DNA from: Octopus bimaculoides
Lineage: Eukaryota
Direction of reading: 5' to 3'
DNA: 64,000 nucleotides
Assembly: GCF_001194135.2 (NCBI RefSeq)
Contig: NC_068994.1
Location: 17,786,766 to 17,850,765 of the forward strand
Under the pieces are notes generated by a model. It was given only the letters and a program-made list of their open reading frames with translations, searched no databases and was not told the origin of the DNA. Every line of letters starts with the position of its first letter. Position 1 is the first letter of the stretch. The position numbers and the translations under genes are program-made. Shown one piece after another: positions 35,901 to 49,582 of this stretch.

Positions 35901-38900
35901 NNNNNNNNNNNNNNNNNNNNNNNNNNNNNNNNNNNNNNNNNNNNNNNNNNNNNNNNNNNNNNNNNNNNNNNNNNCCCCTCCCACCAAATCTCGAGCCTTG
36001 TGCCTAGAGTAGAAAAGATTGCGTGTCATGGATGACAAATGTGAATATTTTTCTTTTGATAATTTGATTTTTGGTTTTAAAAATGCTTTCGCTGTTGAGC
36101 CGACGGAGGAATTTCAACCATGTTTCGTGGTCTGTTACCACAACAGCTCCTTTATAGGATCCAGTTAGCTCAAGACATCATCAGGAGGAACCACGTCCGG
36201 TTTCGGCCCCTACTCCTCTACCGTTTTGACGTGGCGGGGCCCCTCCTTTCGGAGGTGTCTTCAGCTCTGGTGTTGGGTGCATGTCTTCTTTCTTCTATTC
36301 CCTGGCCTCTTCGATGCAGCATCAACGAGTGTCAGCGTCCGACTGATCGTCATGTCAAGTTCCCCTTTTTATATCATGAAATTTCAAAAGCAGTGGGGGC
36401 GGTCACAAACACATTCACCATTTAGTTTTTATAACAGAGTCAGGCTTCTTAAGATACGCGTGGGGCATATTGAATGAAATAGAGGACTTTGATCACCTAT
36501 TTGAGACAGCTTTTAAAAATCTCATATTTTGCATGAGGTGAGCTTACCAAACAAGCAGTTTATATAAATATTATCAAACCCTCTATGTTCAAGTTTCTAA
36601 AACTGCTCATAGGACCGGGAATATCACTACATACGTATGAAACATTCAATTCAGAATTTAGCAAGTTCGATATTCTGGCCCTGCCACAAACGCCGAGAGT
36701 AGCAGATATTAAGTACCTCTTAAACTTCTGTCTGCTACTGACTAACTGCCTTTGAAGCACAGACGAAAACCATTGTCGATCACTTCATTTCTGTTGTCGG
36801 AGCATGAAACATAGACGATAAGTATCAACGAGTTCTATTCAACATTAGGTATTCCGACCCTCTCACAAATTGTGATTTATGCTTATACATATACACCACC
36901 GATTTCCAGGCAATTGGTGGTCCAATACTTCTTTTAATCCGGACACAACTCCGTGAGGACACTTAAATTTCTCGTGACTATCAACTAACAACTTTTTCGC
37001 AACACACCTTTGGGTATTATTTGATACTTTCACCCGCACGATTTCCACTAAGAAAGAAAAAAAAAAAAACCCTGATTTTTTGCGTGGTATCAAGTACCCG
37101 GACCTACTAATATGCTAGAAACCCCTTATTTTTGCTCAGCAAAAAANNNNNNNNNNNNNNNNNNNNNNNNNNNNNNNNNNNNNNNNNNNNNNNNNNNNNN
37201 NNNNNNNNNNNNNNNNNNNNNNNNNNNNNNNNNNNNNNNNNNNNNNNNNNNNNNNNNNNNNNNNNNNNNNNNNNNNNNNNNNNNNNNNNNNNNNNNNNNN
37301 NNNNNNNNNNNNNNNNNNNNNNNNNNNNNNNNNNNNNNNNNNNNNNNNNNNNNNNNNNNNNNNNNNNNNNNNNNNNNNNNNNNNNNNNNNNNNNNNNNNN
37401 NNNNNNNNNNNNNNNNNNNNNNNNNNNNNNNNNNNNNNNNNNNNNNNNNNNNNNNNNNNNNNNNNNNNNNNNNNNNNNNNNNNNNNNNNNNNNNNNNNNN
37501 NNNNNNNNNNNNNNNNNNNNNNNNNNNNNNNNNNNNNNNNNNNNNNNNNNNNNNNNNNNNNNNNNNNNNNNNNNNNNNNNNNNNNNNNNNNNNNNNNNNN
37601 NNNNNNNNNNNNNNNNNTATACATATATATACGACAGGCTTCTTTCAGTTTCCGTCTACCAAATCTACTCATAAGCCCGAGGCTATAGAAGACACTTGCC
37701 CAAGGTGCCACGCGGTGGGACTGAACCCGAAACCATGTGGTTGGTAAGCAACACAGCCACTCCTGTGCCTATGCATTGGATTTTTTTTTTTTTTTTTCGT
37801 TGAATGAATTCCGGTGACCCTTTTTGGGTCCGGAAAACAGGGTGGGGTGAAATGGAACCCTCGGAAATTTTACAGAAATACATTTTCCAGAGTGTGAATT
37901 ACATGGTTCGTTATTAAATATGGAAAAAGTAATGCCCTTTAGTTATGTTTCTAGATAGGGTACCGGTGGTTAGGAAGTTAGAGCACGGCATTAGACTTTG
38001 CTTTAAATAGTTGCACCTTCACATTATTACAGCTGAAGGATTGGAAGCATATTTCCACCTTTATAATGTTTTTCTAGTGAATAAAGAAACGGGTGCCGTG
38101 AAGATTCAGTAACGAAAAAAAAGAAAAGAAGTTTAACCTGGCAGCAGTCTACTAGTATTTTATTCCGGATTATTTTTATGTCTTCCGCTAATCCACTAAA
38201 AAACGGATAATCTGGCACAAGTCTGGAACCAAGGATACCATATAAATTGTAGCTGCAATTTACTGGAATTTTGACTGACAACATTGCCCACCTACATACA
38301 AACATGTCAACATCAAATGCTTCAGTACACGACACAATTCTTTATAGAAATACTTTTCTGTCTGGCCCAAGGAAATATGAAATGCACGAACAAGCTTTTG
38401 ATCTTATATATAAAAATCAGGCTGCAAAATGAATGAAACCTGCCTTAACTTCCACTACACTCCTACATAGCAACAGTCCAGACAGTCTGGATAACCCCCT
38501 AGTCTCCAGTCAGTCACTTCAGTACTATTTGCCATGCAACAAGGACAATTATTATTAGATTAAGTGAAGTGGCGCAAATGATTAATTAAATAACCAGACG
38601 AGCTATTTCCATACTATATATTTAGCTACATTAACATTTCCGAGTTAAAATCCTGAAATAAATATCCAACTGCAGCTGAATTGTTCAACCATATCATTCT
38701 TACAAAGACGCTTGCGTCCCGCCAGAAGAAATTAATGTGTATTCTAAATTTTAATGAATACTTTTTCTAAGAGAAATGAAAGTCATTACATAATGAACAC
38801 GAGTACACACAATGAATGCATTTTTTTTTACACGCAAACACTGCATTTTTAGACTCACAAAATGAAAACTAGAATTCAAATAGAATGATGACAGAGTATG

Positions 38901-39789
38901 AAACAAGCATGAAAAAGAAATGAAGATCATTAAATATTATTTTCACTAGCTTGATAAGATTTTGTCAATTTCTTTATTAATTTATTTAGCAGCGCTATTT
39001 TGATAGTTAGAATAAAAGATTGCTTTTCACGAACATTAAGTGATGCACAAGGAGAGTTCGATAACAATTTTTCTAGTATGAGATACTAATCTCCATTGAA
39101 CAGAATGCTGACCTATTGTAGATATTTTTATCCATCTCTGACTTGATTTTAAGAACTGATATAATATAAGACCGTCAAGCCGGCATTTATAAAAGGACAA
39201 GAGATGGGAAGTTAATAAGGAGGTGCTGAGAAATCTATAAAGCATCTCCCCCAAATATCGAATACCAAAATCCGATAAAGATTTGGTTGGTGAAACACAC
39301 TAGCATGGTTTTGCAGTCACTGAATAGTAATGAAAGTTGACTTTTCAGGATGTGTGCTTGTTTTTAGTATTTACGACCAAACCCTTTTGCTTTTCAGAAC
39401 GATCGATCAACTAACGATCGATTTTTAATACGAAAGTGATTTTGCGTCCATGAAAAAACAGTATTGGCATGCAATTTCACTTTAAGCGTAATCTTCAGCA
39501 AGGTTTTCAATCAATGTTTCCACAGACTGATTGTCGTTTTCCCTTTTCGTATTGTTTCTCGTTCGCAACTTTACAGAATATAATTTGCTTACATTTTTTC
39601 TCCTAATTTTCTGTTGATGATACAGTTGATATTTACTCTACAGGTTTAATAAATTATCTGGCTTGTCAAACGTCTACTCGATAATTTAATGTCTATCTGC
39701 ACACACACACACATGTATTTATATGTATGTGTATATGTGTGCGTATGTATATGTATATTATTATCATTACTACTACTAATAATGATTTT

Positions 39790-40165
39790 AAATTTTGGCA
39801 CAAGGCCAGCAATGAGAGGGACAGTCGATTACAACTGGTACTTATTTTATCGAACTAGGAAGGATGAAAGGCAAAGTCAACCTCGGCGGAATTTGAACTC
39901 AGAACGTAAAGACGGATGAAATGTTGCTAAGCTCACCACCTTGTTAATAATAATAATAATCCTTTCTACTATAGGCACGAGGCCTGAAATTTGGGGGAGG
40001 GGTGCAGTCGATTAAATCGACCTCAGTGCTGAACTGATACTTATTTCATCGACCCTGGAAGGATGAAAGGCAAAGTCGACCTTGGCGGAATTTGAACTGA
40101 GAACGTAGCAACGGGAGAAATACAGCGAAGCATTTCGCCCAGTGTGCTAACTCTGCTAGCTCGCC

Positions 40166-40167
<2 letters not shown>
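39790..40167 (-). mobile_element. Two tandem family B SINEs bounded by (TAA)n
   Basis: Same unit as 18140-18680. Confidence 0.8.
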
Positions 40168-40207
<40 letters not shown>

Positions 40208-40209
40208 TA

Positions 40210-40517
40210 AATCTGGAGACTTGAGAATTGAGATCGCCAAGAAGTGGCAGCTACGAGAGTCAAAGGTTGTCCATATTGTCATCGGAGCATTGGGTTCAAT
40301 ACCACCCAACCTGAAAAAAACATCTGAAAACTTCAGAAATACCCTACAATCTAGGTGTATTGCAAAAATCAGCATTACTTGGGACTGCATGCATATTGCG
40401 TAAAGTACTGTCTGTCTGAGGTCCTTGTTGTGGACTTGACAGACTGTACAAACCCCAGGTAGACACAATATCTTCAATCAACAACATCACGACATTGGAT
40501 ACTGTGCGACGTTTTAA
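40210..40517 (+). mobile_element. R4/Dong-like non-LTR retrotransposon, short 3' fragment
   Basis: LRIEIAKKWQLRESKVVHIVIGALG...LRKVLS is the C-terminus of the restriction-like endonuclease; (TAA)n on both sides. Confidence 0.7.
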
Positions 40518-40535
40518 GTAATAATAATAATAAAT

Positions 40536-41452
40536 ACCCAAAGAGAGCTAATAATGCTGATGTTGACAAAGCCCTTACCCATCAACGGTTAATGGCTTCT
40601 GGCTTAAAATCAGAAACAGAAGGGTTTATCATAGCAGTCCAAGATCAATGCCTACCTACAAGAAACTACCAGGCCAACATATTAAAGAACAGCAGCTGCC
40701 CAACATGTCGTGTATGTCAACAACAAAATGAAACCATTGATCATGTTGTCTCCATGTGCAGTCTTCTTGCACCTACAGAGTATCTCAACAGGCATGATAG
40801 AGCAGCATAATATATTCACTGGGTAATTTGCAAAAACCTGGACTTGCCCCATGATAAAAACTGGTTGGAACACAAACCACCTCCAGTGCTTGAAAATTAT
40901 CACATCTCACTCCTCTGGAACTTAACCATTCAAACTGACAGAAAGATAGATGCAAATAGGCCAGACATTATATTGAAAGACTTCAGACAAAAATCATACC
41001 TCTTCATTGATATGACTGTCCCAATCAATATAAATGTATCTGTCAAGACCTACCAAAAACTGAGCAAATATAAAGATCTTGAAATAGAAATTGGCAAAAT
41101 GTGGAACCTGAAGACTAAAACAATACCTGTTGTTATAGGTGTCCTAGCAAAAGGGACTGATTGCTATCTAGCTCAGATACCAGGAAACCCCAAAATGGCA
41201 GAAATTCAAAAGATAGTGCTCGTGGGAACTGCCCATATCCTATGTAAAATACTATCTATGCAATCTCAAATTTTTAAACAAACTCATAATTTTCTTGTTT
41301 TCTTAAACATTCTCGAGAACAATACTATATACAAAACCAAATATATGACACCCAAGGCATAACACCAACATGAACTTCTAACTTGTTGTCTCTTGAGGTC
41401 TCTGGGTGAGACTTGGAGCCGACTTGTACAAATGCAAAGCAAAAGTCAAACA
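40536..41452 (+). mobile_element. R4/Dong-like non-LTR retrotransposon, 5'-truncated
   Basis: CCHC knuckle CRVC...ETIDHVVSMC, RHD motif, RLE motif RPDIILKD...IDMTVP...KLSKYKDL; one in-frame stop; (TAA)n flanks, consistent with the known Dong preference for TAA repeats. Confidence 0.85.
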
Positions 41453-41464
41453 TATAATAATAAT

Positions 41465-42850
41465 AATGATTTCTTTTATGCCACCAGGGTGAAGGATGAG
41501 GGGGACAACACAAAGAGATATAAAGTATGGGAGTTTATATATAATAAAATGATAAAATAAATAAACAAATAAAAGTATACACGGTATACAATGAAAAGGA
41601 AGGGAAATATATATAGTATACAAAGCTCAACATAAAAGGGGGGGAGATGTAGTCCTCATGATATAGGATGACTTCTAGGAGTAACCGAGGAACCTCATTT
41701 CCAAGATCTCCCAGAATACCAAGGGTAAGTGCCCTCTCCAATTCACAGGTCTACACTTAGAGAGGTACCATCCACTCTTGCCATTTTTGCAACTTTCACT
41801 CACCTTTCAATAAACTCACTTGAGAATAGCAACTTCCCTTGCGCCCCCCCCCCAATTTCCTTTTCAAGTGAAATTTGAAGAAGTCAATGAGACCTCTACT
41901 AAAGAGGAATGTATTTGTTCTCATGCCTTTCAGCCTCGTCCACCAGACCTCTTTCACCACAGCTACCAGGCAAAGGAAAACTGCATTGCCTGCCCGATTA
42001 AAGGAGGGCAGCAGGGCAATCATCACTATGGACACGTGATAGCAGCTGTTGGACATAATCCTACAAGTCAGCAATGCCCAGACACGGAACAAGTGTGTGC
42101 AGAATGGTTTCGTCACTCCTCACGCATCTTGGACAAGCCTGTCTGACAGGACATCCATGCCTGTAAAGTTTATCTCGAATCAGTAATTCCCACCCTGGTA
42201 GCATTGCTGGAAGGTATCCATGATAGTTCCCGACCAGAAAGTCCTTTGGAACAGACTGGCCAATTTGATTTCGTCGATGTCTAGAGTCTCCCCAAGAATG
42301 TCGTTGCATTTCTCTGCCACTAATCCTCTATAAATTTCTAAAGTGGAACATTCACCGATCCCACTGACCAACTGGTAGGAAGCTGTGAGCACCTGACGAC
42401 TTTTTATGTGCCAAGCACCCAGTCTCGGTCTTCTCTTCACCCAGGACTGCAGCTCTGTCAAAGAGACGTACTACAGAAATACGTGCCTCCCAAACGGAGC
42501 TCACACACGCTTGCCATCCAGAAAGCATTGCAGGTGACGCAACTTAAGAGCATGTCTGCACATTAGAAGCTACGGCAAACCTAATCTGTCACTCAGAGGG
42601 TGCTGGCAACAGATTGACCACCTAACCATTGGAACGTGTCCCTTTCACAAGAATTTAATTAAGAGATGCTCCAACCTGGTCAAGTAGTAACCGGGACAAA
42701 GCACGATGCTCAGACAATAAATGATAACAGAGGTGATGTAGGCATTCGCCACCTTTGCCTGACTTTTTAGTGACAGCTTACTCTCAGCCCATTTCTAGGT
42801 AAGACTGGCCACCATGTTCACCATCTCATCGCAGTTCTTATCTTTATGGA
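41465..42850 (-). mobile_element. Tx1/L1-clade LINE, decayed 3' part
   Basis: LSL...KVANAYITSVIIY, FL.KGHVP.VRWSIC, zf-RVT-like CPRC...ETILHTLVPC, then a T-rich 3' UTR ending at the TAA tract. Confidence 0.75.
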
Positions 42851-42934
42851 GGTTGGGACCAAACCAGACCCTGAGCAGTTTAATTGGTCCATTGGTCCAG
42901 CGTCCAACGACACCACCTGATAGTATTGACCTGC

Positions 42935-43171
42935 ATCTCCAGGAGCCCAAACACAAACCCACAAGGGCAGCAATTTTGGGGGAGATGATGAGTCAATTAC
43001 ACTGACCCTAGTGTTCAACTGGTACTTATTTTATCGACCCCAGAAGGATGAAAGGCAAAGTTGACCTTGACGGAATTTAAACTCAGAATGTAGCGATGGG
43101 CAAAATACTGCTAAGCATTTTGTCCAGCGCGATAACGATTTTGTCAGCTTGCCAACTTATTAAAAATAATA

Positions 43172-43224
<53 letters not shown>

Positions 43225-43810
43225 TCTTTCTATTATAGGCATAAGGCCTGAAATTTTGTAGAGGGCATGAGTCGATTACATCGACCCCAGTGTTCAGCTG
43301 GTACTTATTTTATCGACCCCTAAAGGATGAAAGGCAAAGTCAATCCTTTTTACTGAAGGCTCAAGGCCTAAAATTTTGGGAGAGGGGACGAGTCGATTAC
43401 ATCGATCCCAGTGTTTCACTAGTACTTAATTTATCGATCCCAAAAGATGAAAGGCAAAGTCGACCTCGGCAGAATTTGAATTCAGAATGTTGTGATGGCC
43501 GAAATACCGCTAAGTATTTTGTCCAGCGTGCTAACAATTCTGCCAGCTCACCGCCTTAATAATAAAAATAATAATAATCCTTTGCACTATAAGCACAAGG
43601 CCTGAAATTTTTGGGGAAAGGGTAAGTTGATTATATCGACCCCAGTGCTCAACTGATACTTAATTTATTGACCCCAAAAGGATGAAAGACAAAGTTGACC
43701 TTGGCAGAATTTTAACTCAGAACATAGTGGCAGATGAAATACCACTAAGCATTTTTGCCCAGCATGCTAACGATTCTGCCAGCTTGCCATCTTAATAATA
43801 ATAATAATAA
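42935..43810 (-). mobile_element. Array of about four head-to-tail family B SINEs mostly separated by (TAA)n
   Basis: Units at ~42935-43150, 43225-43340 (truncated), 43345-43558 and 43578-43793. Confidence 0.85.
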
Positions 43811-45345
43811 AGGCACAAAGCCTGAAAAAACTATATCAGCTAAGCAAATAGCCTTCCCTAAATGCATTAAAAACATTATAACATAATCTGAACACTATTT
43901 CAGAAAATTATTGCCGTTCTCTTTGAGCATATAAAAGACAAATTTGGCGGGGGCAAAATGAGTAAGCCAAAGAAAGGTAAATTTGCCGCTTCAATTCTCC
44001 AGAATAACATTTGAAAACAGACTCATACACATCAATAGACATCAGAAATGCAAAATATTAAAAAGAAAAAAATTAAAATATCTAGGTCAAATGAAAGAGG
44101 TCAGGGAAAAATGACACAAGATATGAAATTAATGAAACTTGATGAAATATAAAAAAACCTCAGCATAAAATACTCTCTATAGCTTCTTCATGATGTGTTG
44201 GAGTGTCTGTTTGTGATATATTTACATACCATGCAGTTAAAGAGAAGAAATTATTCATTACTCATTTTACCCCATTTTAGACATTATTTTTTTGAACCTT
44301 AGGGAAAAATTGACTTGGAATCCAATAGAGAAACGAATATTGATTGTTAAACACCCCAAATTATCCAGATATTTTATTAGCAACCTCTATTACAATCAGG
44401 TCAAAGTTGAGGAAAAATTTCTTGAAAAAAAAAGTACCCGTCACTTCACTATGTTTCAGACTCCCTCAACTTCAACGACAGCAACTATGCTGACCAATTT
44501 TTACTCCTAAAGATGATGCAATACTTGTGATTTAATGATTTCAAACAGGTAGGGAGAAAATAACTAGAAACCAGAAATTACTCATTTTACCCTGGTTACT
44601 AATTTTGTCCCCTCCCCATACACACACACACACATATGAGAGAAGGCAAAGCTCATGACACTTTACAGCCCCGCCCCCAGAGGGGGAGAATAGTATCCTC
44701 AAACCTGACCCAAAAGCTTCCAACAGACTGGTCTCTGTTAACAGCACATAAGGTACCTGGTGCTGGTGTTACACCAAGCAAAGATTGTCTACCAGCGAGG
44801 AAAAGAGTGTGTGTTTGTGTACATGGTATATTTTCACACAAACTTTGTTTGAAAATATCTTCTATACAATGAAATAGTATAAGAACTGTATTAGAACTAA
44901 AATGAAAACCAAATGGAAGTAAAATATAAAATAAAAACCACTGCAGAGTTAGAAATTGTAGATCACAACATTTTGTTTTAATCTTAATAATGAATATACA
45001 TACTCACATACCGTAAAACTTTTTAAAAGAAGCAAGCTAAAACAGGTATTTGCTAAATGCATCAACATACCATACATTTCCATATATTTGTTAAAAAACA
45101 TACATAGCCAAGCTACGTTATGATCAAAGCTCATTTACCAAAAGTAGTGTATACTATCAATAATCAGTGTAGCATGCATTCCATACAAATATAATAAAAA
45201 CATCATTATGACATACATTTAATACATTACGACATACTTTAATACATTTAAAGATATTACAATGAAATATATATATACATCACAATACACATATTTTATT
45301 CAATATAGTTCACTGCACATACTTCCTATGGTTAATATGAGTTAA

Positions 45346-45712
45346 CCCTTTAGCATTCAGATTACTCTGTCATATGTGACGCTTATTTATTCACATTGTT
45401 TTTAATTATTCATGGGTTATATTGTAGCTTCTAAATTTCAATGACTTTATTTTGGCCAGATATAGGTGGTTTAAAAGCTAAAAGATTAACCCTTTTGAAA
45501 CCAACCCGACTGCAGCCACCTCTGGCTCTGTAGTACAAATGTCTTGTTTTCAAAAGTTCTGAATTAAAATCTTCCACCAAACCTTAGTCACAATTTATGT
45601 TCCTAGCCACTAGCTTAATGATAACTAAGTGATTTTACTAAATTCTTTGTTATATTTAAAATTGATTGAAAGAAACACAGAGCATCTCAACAGAAATATC
45701 ACAACAAAAGTA
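45346..45712 (+). mobile_element. Two different piggyBac MITEs (45346-45485 and 45490-45712) sharing one TTAA
   Basis: TTAA at 45342-45345, 45486-45489 and 45713-45716; family 1 followed by family 2. Confidence 0.75.
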
Positions 45713-46199
45713 TTAAGGCAAAGAGCTGGCAGAATCATTACTGTACAGGGCAAAATGCTTAGCAGCATTTTATCTGCCTTCACGTTCTGAGTTCAAATTC
45801 TGCCAAGGTCGACTTTGCCTTTCATCCTTTCACAGCTGATAAAGTAAGTCCCAGTAGAGCACTGGGGTCAATGTAATCAACTTATCCTCTGCCTGAACTT
45901 GCTAGCTTGGTGCCAAAATTTGAAATCAATATAAATGAGTTTCCATATAAAATATATTACAATTTTCATGTACTAAAATATACATAATTGTAATACGTAT
46001 CTTATCTATAAAAGGTAGATTTTCTCTCTGTGTGTGTGTGTGTGTGTATGTTTAAAATTCATACATTTACACAATTCCAAATTTCTGGCTTTTCCCAACA
46101 AATAAAATACATCACTAATACTAGGCTCAAACAACATATATCTCAAGTTATATCACCACGACATGCTAACCATCATAATTATAACAGACTATATGTGCA

Positions 46200-47330
46200 C
46201 TATACTAGAACCCTGGGAGAACACAGATTAAGACAACTTAGCACCCACACACATAACACTAATCAAAATCAAAAACAGCTAGCAATAATGGGCCCTATAA
46301 CCTGCCTCTAATATCTAAAAATATGGGCAACCAAAAAAAAAAAAAAAAAAAAGTGGTGGACGTTCTATTCTATGGTATACGTCTCTCTTCTCATTAAACG
46401 TTAAGAACTTAGCCAAATCCTTTTTTAATATATTAGACTCCAACTTCTCTTGGCAACATAAATATTACTCTATCTTTAATAGATCTACTTTAAAGCTATC
46501 CTACTTTTCCCTGCCCAATTTAGAGTCTATTATAACAGCCTCTAATAGACGAAAAGATTCTCTCTACTATCAAAATATACACCAAAACAACTCTTGAATA
46601 CACTAGCGCCTAACACATACATAGCTCCAGCATTGAACCCAATACTTTAGACCAGCGTTTCTCAACTGGGGTTTCCCCGGAATCCTAGGGTTCAACAAGA
46701 AAGAGTGAGATAAGCTAATGCTAATTTCATGATCGTAATATTACTATACATGCACAACATATTATTGGTTATTGTAATATAGACATCATCCTATCTAACC
46801 TATTATGTTATCAAAAAATATAACAACCATATATATATATACACACATATATATATATATTCATGATATTTACCACGTGAACTACAATGCAAAATATATG
46901 AGAGAGATATAGTATATAATTTCTTTGTGCAGGGGTTCCTTGAGACATATAATTTATTTTAAGGGTTACCAAGGGTGAAAAGGTTGAGAAACACTGCTTC
47001 AGACCATAACAAAGACCCAACCAATCGTACCGACACTATCCCGAATACTAGTATCCTGACCTCCACCACAAATACAGGTAAGATAAATAATAGAAATGAT
47101 AGAAATAATAATAATGTTACTAACATGGACCAATCTACCCCTATCTCTAACCTCTCCTTAGACAGTATTACTTCCTCCATTCCTGAGAATAATCCCCACA
47201 ATGCAGTACCATGTAACTGCCGCCCTGGGACCACATACCAAAAAAGAAAAAAAAAAAAAATTATTCGGTTAATCATTGTAATCTTGCTAACAGGTACAGC
47301 ACAAGCATCAGCTTCTACTCTACATATAAT
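46200..47330 (+). mobile_element. Decayed Penelope-like element 3' region (RT C-terminus to GIY-YIG linker), split by a hAT MITE
   Basis: ILWY...FSLNVKNLAKSFFNILDSNF..QHKYYSIFNRSTLKLSY...PNLESII and a downstream CNCR motif resemble Naiad-type PLEs. Clade call is from memory. Confidence 0.6.
46653..46996. mobile_element. hAT MITE
   Basis: TIRs CAGCGTTTCTCAAC / GTTGAGAAACACTG; 8-bp TSD CTTTAGAC / CTTCAGAC. Confidence 0.85.
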
Positions 47331-48100
47331 GTACTCATAAAACACTCAATTGTTTGAATTTATGTCTTATGCCAATTAGCTATTAATAACAATGTTATTG
47401 AAATATATATGGGATACTGCCAAAATACATGAATCACAATACACAACCCAAGTCATTTTCTAGATACTATTTCTATACAAAGGGATTTTCACCACATACA
47501 ACTCAAATATATCTCAATGCACATATCAGTTTAAGAGCCAAACATTAAAATGGGGCCACACACATCATGGCAACTGCTATGCTGATGACAGCTGTTGAGG
47601 AAGAAACATGTCAACAGTTGTTCTTTTGTCTCTGGATAATCAAACTGTCTTTTCCTTAGTATATCAACTTTCAGAGATTCTTGATTCCTGAGATTACTTC
47701 TTCTTGTTTTAGAGTTGGTTTCAATTACTGCCAAGCAATTAATTGTTCTACCTTCTTTGGAAGCAGAAAGTTTCAATAAATCAAGAATTTATCTTATTTG
47801 ATATTTCATTTACCCTTATTCATCTTTGTTGTTCAAATACATGCCATTGGCTACCTTGAATTATTACTCTTGGCTCGTGGCTGTGTGGTAAGAAGTTTGT
47901 TTTCCACTCACATGGTTCAGGTTTCAGTCCCACTGTGTGACACCATTTACTACAGTGTCGATCCAACCAAAGCCTTGGCAGTAGTTGTGGTAGGTAGTCA
48001 AACAAATCAACCCCAATACTTTCTTTGTATGTATAATTATACATATTAACAAGGTGATGCCTTTTAATCATACAATTGTTTTAATACATACTTGTATTTC

Positions 48101-48726
48101 GGATCTATTTCAAAACGGGGGCACCAGTTTTCATTTATGTTTTACGTAGTGTTTTTGGTACCGAAAGACTTTCAAACTTCGTATAATTATCTATTTTGTG
48201 TTATAGAACAGAAAAACATTTTTGCATTCAAATTTATTTCATGTAAAAAATTGTCTTATTTCGATAATTTCTACTAATCACTGACGTCTATTCAGTTGAA
48301 AACAGTTAGCGCTGTAACGGTGTATATCGTATTAATCCCCTAACTCTAACCCTAACTAGACTGTTAACCCTAACCCTAACTCTAGAATCTGAACTCTAAA
48401 ATTGTTACACACATAGATACGCACAGCGTAATTTATTATATAAACAATATATGCGTATAAATTACGATTAAACCGGATGAAATATGTCACAGGGAATAAC
48501 ATTTTTATGACCGCCCAGCAGTAACTCTATTCAGCTGAATAGACGTCAGTGATTGGTTGAAATTACAGAAATACGACAACTTTAACATGGAATAACTTGC
48601 GATGTACGTTTTTTTGTTAAGAAGACTAAGAGTAAAAGATGTTTTATATGACACGTTCTACCAGTGTCCCAAGTTTCAAAGTGTTTCGTTAAGAAAATAC
48701 TGGTGCCCCCGTTTTGAAATAGATCC
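48101..48726. mobile_element. Young non-autonomous DNA transposon, Merlin-like
   Basis: Perfect 28-bp TIR GGATCTATTTCAAAACGGGGGCACCAGT and perfect 8-bp TSD TGTATTTC. GG termini with an 8-bp TSD fit Merlin. Confidence 0.85.
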
Positions 48727-48791
48727 TGTATTTCTTCAAAGCCAAAGTGAACCAGAACAATATAGTGGATAACCAAATGATAGGTTAAGGG

Positions 48792-49030
48792 TAGTGGTTC
48801 TCGAGTGAAGTCCATATGACCCTTGAAGGTCCATATAAGATTTTGTTCATTAAAAATTATGTACAATAAACTGGTTCTATTTCTACAATACAGAAAATGT
48901 TTTAATTTCTTTTATACAATCTCTAATAATATTTAATCATAAAATATAATAATAGGGTATTTTAGAGTCCACCCCAATAAAATAGGAATCAAAGGGGTCC
49001 ATAGCTACAAAAAATGGTTGAGAACTACTG
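48792..49030. mobile_element. hAT (Charlie-like) MITE, inverted relative of 13274-13517
   Basis: TAGTGGTTCTC / GAGAACTACTG termini; TTAAGGG on both flanks. Confidence 0.75.
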
Positions 49031-49582
49031 TTAAGGGGAAAAGGGGTGGTCACTTTGTGTAGGAGCTTCAATGAGTTGTTCTCACTAGCAGTGGGTGTTG
49101 AATATAGCATATTGGCATCTGTTACTGCTTCCCTGTAGAAGGAAGGGATAGAGGGGGGGGTTGAGAGCTGGAAAAATAAGGAGTTGGGGAATGCCATTTG
49201 GGTCAATGTTTAGTAGTTGGAAGAAGTTTGAGTATGAATGGTTATAAACACACAGATGAGGTATTGTTTTGGGTTTTCGGGTCAGTGTATGTAGAATCTA
49301 GTTATTTCTATCATTAATGTTAAGAGAAAGAGTAGGTATCAATAATTTTAATTATACTAACAACAACAACAATAATAATGATAACAAGATTAATAATAAA
49401 GATGACAACAATAATAGCATGATAATAACAATATTAGTAATGAATATAATAATGATAAAATAGTAACACAAACAGCTATTATAATAATTCTAACAATCAT
49501 ATGTTAGTCCTCCATACTCATGAAGCGCAACAATGCAAAAATGTCTCTAGATATAGATATTGAAGAAAATGTGAAGCATTAA

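Noticed and set aside
37112-37747. Long ORFs across N runs (also at 11584-11872, 31400-31748 and 35632-36038)
   Set aside because: Artefacts of assembly gaps translated as X.
47531-47776. 81-aa minus-strand ORF considered as a terminal exon
   Set aside because: An in-frame TAA lies between the nearest AG and the ORF; no recognisable homology.
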